Below, piece by piece: positions 59,421 through 64,000 of a DNA stretch of 64,000 nucleotides. Source of the stretch: the human T2T-CHM13v2.0 reference genome, Homo sapiens. The stretch is from NCBI RefSeq assembly GCF_009914755.1, contig NC_060933.1; one strand, 5' to 3'. How positions within the stretch are numbered: the stretch's first letter is position 1; every line of letters starts with the position of its first letter. Under the pieces are notes generated by a model. The model had not been told where the DNA came from. It saw only the letters and a list, made by a program, of their open reading frames with translations, and did no database searches. The translations under genes were made by a program, and so were the position numbers.

Positions 59421-60699
59421 CAGGGTTTCCATTCTCTCTAGAAAATTTTTGTTGTTACTGAACTATTTCTGCATGTGAAATAAAGCCATGATAATCATGC
59501 TTGTCTTTTAGAATGCTGAATTATTACCTAGAGTGATTATTTTAGTCGAAGATGTCTGACACAATAGGGAGAAGAGACAGGTGTGCAATCTTTCATCAAT
59601 ACCTTAACTCTCAAATGGCTCTTTTTTGTAAAAGTTTTGGAAATAGCCTTAGAGTAAGAAAATTGTTCTACTGGAATATCTTGTAAAAGCATCATTATAG
59701 ACCTCCAGTGTCACAGGGTGCAGATGTGGCATAGAGTTTATTAGGGACATTACAAGGAAGAAAGTGGAAGAGTACATGCTCACCCTCCAAACTTTCAACA
59801 TTGTATAGTATAGCATGGATATGGATGTTCTGTATGCATGTCCAGAATTCCAGGAGGTAGGGGTCTGCCTGAATGGCATGCTTGACATGAAATTAAAAGC
59901 ACTCCAAGAGAAGAAGTTCTGTACAAACATTGTGTTACATATGTAGATGTTAGCTTAAGAGGAAAGGGAGCAACACAAAGTTTCTATAAGAAACAAAAAT
60001 TTGTCAGTACCAGTAACTAAATAGAAAGTATGCATACTGAGAACCAAGGTTTACATATGGAGATGCTAGGAATAGCCTTGTAAGTCAAGAATGCTGACAA
60101 TCTAAGTCTCTCAGCAGATTGGTTTAACCCAGCTCATTAGCTTTTTACTAAGTTAGAACAAAAAAGAAAATGATCCTCCTGGGCCATATGAATTTTTATC
60201 TCTTCAAAAAATATAATTTGTCATATATATACATATTTATAATGTTATATGAATAATTCAAATATGCATATTTGGATTGATACTTGTTAATACCAAGTAA
60301 TTCTTAATTATCTAAATTGTCTATCCTTTTATATTACAATAATGTTCAGTAAGCACTAAATTAGAATGAGAACACCAGATGGAAAAGAATTGGACAAGAA
60401 AAGCAAAGTAATTTGTATGTATGTGTTTGTCTGTGTGCGTGTATGTTGGTATTTTATATTTATAACATGTTTGTACACTGAAACACTGCCAGATCCCTTG
60501 AATATGGCACATCAGGAAGCAATCCAGATTTCTATTCTCTATTTTCTATAGTTTTCCTTCTTCTTCTCAAACATACATCCATCTCCTGATTCAATACTCA
60601 TTGCTTTTGATTTACATTTTACTCTTTCATAATCTTTCTTATTACTACCATTTATCAATTAATTTACATATGAAACGGTGTCTTGTGTGTAATGCCACA

Positions 60700-61290
60700 G
60701 GTAATAGAATATTAAAAATTTAATTTAATACTCTTTTCCAAATTTAGATATAGAATTAATGCAGTCAAAATACAAGTGGGTATTTTGTGGGCACTGTCTA
60801 GCTGATTCTAAAATTCACTTGGAAACAAAATGATCCAAAAAGAGCTAAAGTGATCTTAAAAATGGAAAATAAATCCATGAAATTTAGCTTACCATATATG
60901 AAGACTAATCATAAAGTTCCCAATTCCAGTGTCAGTGAGTAAATGTATTTTCTAAGTGGAAAGAAGGAATCTTGGCCTCCATTTTACTCCATATACCAAA
61001 ACACTAGATGAATAGTACTTCTAAATGAATAATCAATAAACTTCCTGAAAGAAAACATTAGGAAACCACCATCATGTCCTTAATTTAGGAAAAATTGTCT
61101 TGTGCAAGTGAAACAAAGCTCCAAATATAAAGGGATAAATGATAAAATAGACTCTTTAGAACTGTTCATCAAAAGGCACAATGGAAAGAGTGAAAATGAA
61201 CTTCAATGAGGTAAATGTATTTTGAATAAGTATTCAAGAGAAGATTCATATACTGGGACATAAACAACTCTTAAAGGTGATAAACAGAAA
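60700..61290 (+). mobile_element. Old L1ME ORF2 3' fragment
   Basis: AGCTGATTCTAAAATTCACTTGGAA, CTGTTCATCAAAAGGCACAAT. Confidence 0.6.
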
Positions 61291-63494
61291 TCAATAAATT
61301 GTTTCTCTTTAATGCATGGTGGATGATTTTCTTAGAGCTATCTCCCACTGACCTACCCTAACTCCAGAAGGAGTTAGAATTAGCCAAGCCTAGAAAGAGA
61401 AGCAGATTAGGTAATCTATGAAAATTAATAGATGTGCAGTGTAAGATATCAGTAAATAGGTAAATACACATAAAGGTAGAACATGACTTTATTAATAATT
61501 CACCATTAAGAAAACATATAATTAATTATAAATAAAATTGTTAACAATTATGAAGCCATTACTTATTGTTATACCTTCTCTCATGTGCATTAAAATATAT
61601 CTTCTAATAATTAAAAGCTTGAATCCAGTTTCTATATGGCACCCAAGTCATTTGTTGTCTGATTTTCTAGTCTCCTCTTGTACCTCCCTGTTATCAAGTT
61701 AGTGGTGTTTGATTTCTGATTATAGAATATGGAATGTTTATTAGTAAAAATATGTGCATGACATTTTTCCTTAGGCTAAATTAAAAAAATTTCAACATAT
61801 GAACTTTTATGAAATATTCTTCACATTGTTTTCCATATTCATTGAAACATTTTTAAAAATGAGAGAATCCCTCCGATGGACTAAAGGGATTGAATTTTAC
61901 ATGCAATTCCACATCTGCATACATCCCCTAGTATTCCTTACTTTGTCATATTTTTTACTTTCTGCATCTTTGGTAGTATAGTGTCTGACAACTCGATTGT
62001 TCCTATCCTACCGCACCTACACTTATTATAGTGGAAGCCAGCTCACATAACTGTCAGATGAAAACCTTAGTGCTCCTTTGTTCTTATACTCCTAAAATTA
62101 ATAGTGGTATCAACCTTCACTATCCCAAGGACCTTCCAGCAATCATGTTTATTTAAGAACCATTGGGTCCAGAGAACCTTTCACTAAGTGCCATTAAAAT
62201 ATACATTTACTGGAAATCTACCTGGAAGGTGTCTCAGATTAATTCACAAATAATAAAAATACCATACTATTTAAGGAAAATTTGATCATCAATAGGTTTT
62301 TTAAATATATTTAATGTTAATACATGCTTTTCCAGCTGATTTTATCGATTTTTATCTATTTTGAATTTCATATTTTTATTTCTTATTTCAGGGAAAAACA
62401 CTTTAATCTTTTGAAATACACCTCTGTGGTAATATACTTTTTGGTCTGTTTTCAGCTAGAGAAATGTAGCTTTAGACTCACACAATTTATTTATTTATTT
62501 TTTCTTTCAAATTTTCACTTACTTTTTAAACACTCTTTGAGGTATGACTCATTTTTTAAAAACAAATTAAAATATGATGCTGTGAAAAATTCAGTGAATA
62601 TGCAATATGGTAAGTTATAATTTTGATTATTTAAAATAACTGTTTTATAGTTTTCACTTTTATAATAATGCAGATGATTGTTATGGATTGAATACATATA
62701 ATATATAAAGAACTACACTAGACAGTTATATAAATATTTTACTTAATGATCAATTAATGACTCAGGGAAAATCAAGATAAGGCAACTGAAGAAAATTTCC
62801 TATCTCACATTACTAGAGAGCTGAGCTGATATTAAAATCTAGGTCCTTATTAATGCAAAATATTATAAGCTTAGCTTCTACAGATGATTGTCTACATATT
62901 TTTGAAATCATGATGGTAATAATCTTATGGAATTGAAATTTGTATTTAGTGTTAAATATTTTTTATAATATAGCTTGAGCAGTGAAGAGATATTTCTTGT
63001 GACTTGAAACAAAAATTTGGAGGAGTGTACAACCAGATGTTTCAGTGTAAGAATTACAGATATTAGGAAAGTGGAATGTGTACTTTGACAAAACTGTAAA
63101 AAAGGAAAATATTTAAGCATTTTAATTAATACTTATTGGAATCTTTGTGCTGTAACTTCTCTGCAGGAATAGTAAATGTGCCTAGAGAAAGTAAGTGCCA
63201 TTGAAAACATGACTCTGTTAGAGTCTTAAAGGGAAGTTTATTAGATGGAGCACACAAAATGAAATAGATTTTTAGAGAATGTTCATGGAAATATTTCTAA
63301 AGTAAAAATGCAGTCTCCTTCATTTAAAATATAGCAAGATAAGGTTTTGGGGTAGATCTTGTATCCAATATTATTTGTTAATAGTTTTTCAATTTTGAAA
63401 AATTTTAAACATATCCCAAAATAAAAAAAATTGCAATGAACAAGTGCATATACACCATCTAGTTCTACCATTAATGTTTTATCTGTACCATATT

Positions 63495-63917
63495 TTCTTT
63501 ATATAGTCCACCATTTATGAACATGTAGATTGATTCCATGTCTTTGTTATTGTTAATAGTGCTCTGATGAATCTATTAGTGCATGTCTTTTTGGTATAAA
63601 GATCTGTTTCCTTTGGGTATATACCCAGTAATGGGATTGCTGAATTAAATGGTAATTCCGTTTTAAGTTCTTTGAGAAATCTCCAAACTGATTTCCAGAG
63701 CGGCTGAACTAATTTGTATTCCCAATAACAGCGTATAAATGTTTCCTTTCTCCACAACCTTATCAACATCTGTTTTTTTTTTTCTTTTTTACTTTTTCAT
63801 AACAGCCACTCTAACTGGTATGAGATAGTATCTCGCTGTGGTTTTGATTGGCATTTCTCTGATGATTAGTGATGTTGAGCATTTTTTCATATGTGTGTTG
63901 GCAGCTTGTATGTCTTT
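63495..63917 (-). mobile_element. L1PA/PB ORF2 C-terminal fragment
   Basis: ORF 63515-63769 [36 protein letters not shown]. Confidence 0.9.
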
Positions 63918-64000
63918 TTATTTTTTTGAGACATATTCTTGCTCTGTCACCCAGGCTGGAGTGCAGTGGCATGATATTGGCTCACTGCAACCTCTGCCTC
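63915..64000 (-). mobile_element. Alu, cut by the window edge
   Basis: Poly-T then GAGAC...CTTGCTCTGTCACCCAGGCTGGAGTGCAGTGG. Confidence 0.92.

Overview
This is AT-rich, gene-less DNA from a simian primate, probably human (AluJ/AluS, L1PA7-like and MER9 elements are present). Most of the window is decayed, heavily nested transposable elements: an ERVL gag-pol remnant, a complete MST MaLR provirus with TSD, a Tigger3 transposon, a MER65-like ERV1 remnant, a MER52 solo LTR, many L1s, Alus, MIR/L2 and microsatellites. I found no credible protein-coding exon, RNA gene or novel multi-gene system; the recognisable ORFs are TE remnants and the rest look like chance ORFs. The most notable structure is a ~4.9 kb block (35416-40360) bracketed by one 16-bp TSD inside an older L1, best explained as a twin-primed L1PA insertion carrying a 3' transduction, with a second twin-primed L1PA nested in it. 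There is also a young ~150-bp duplication flanking a 68-bp orphan spacer (34003-34369). Subfamily names come from recalled consensus sequences, not a database search, and boundaries of old elements are approximate.
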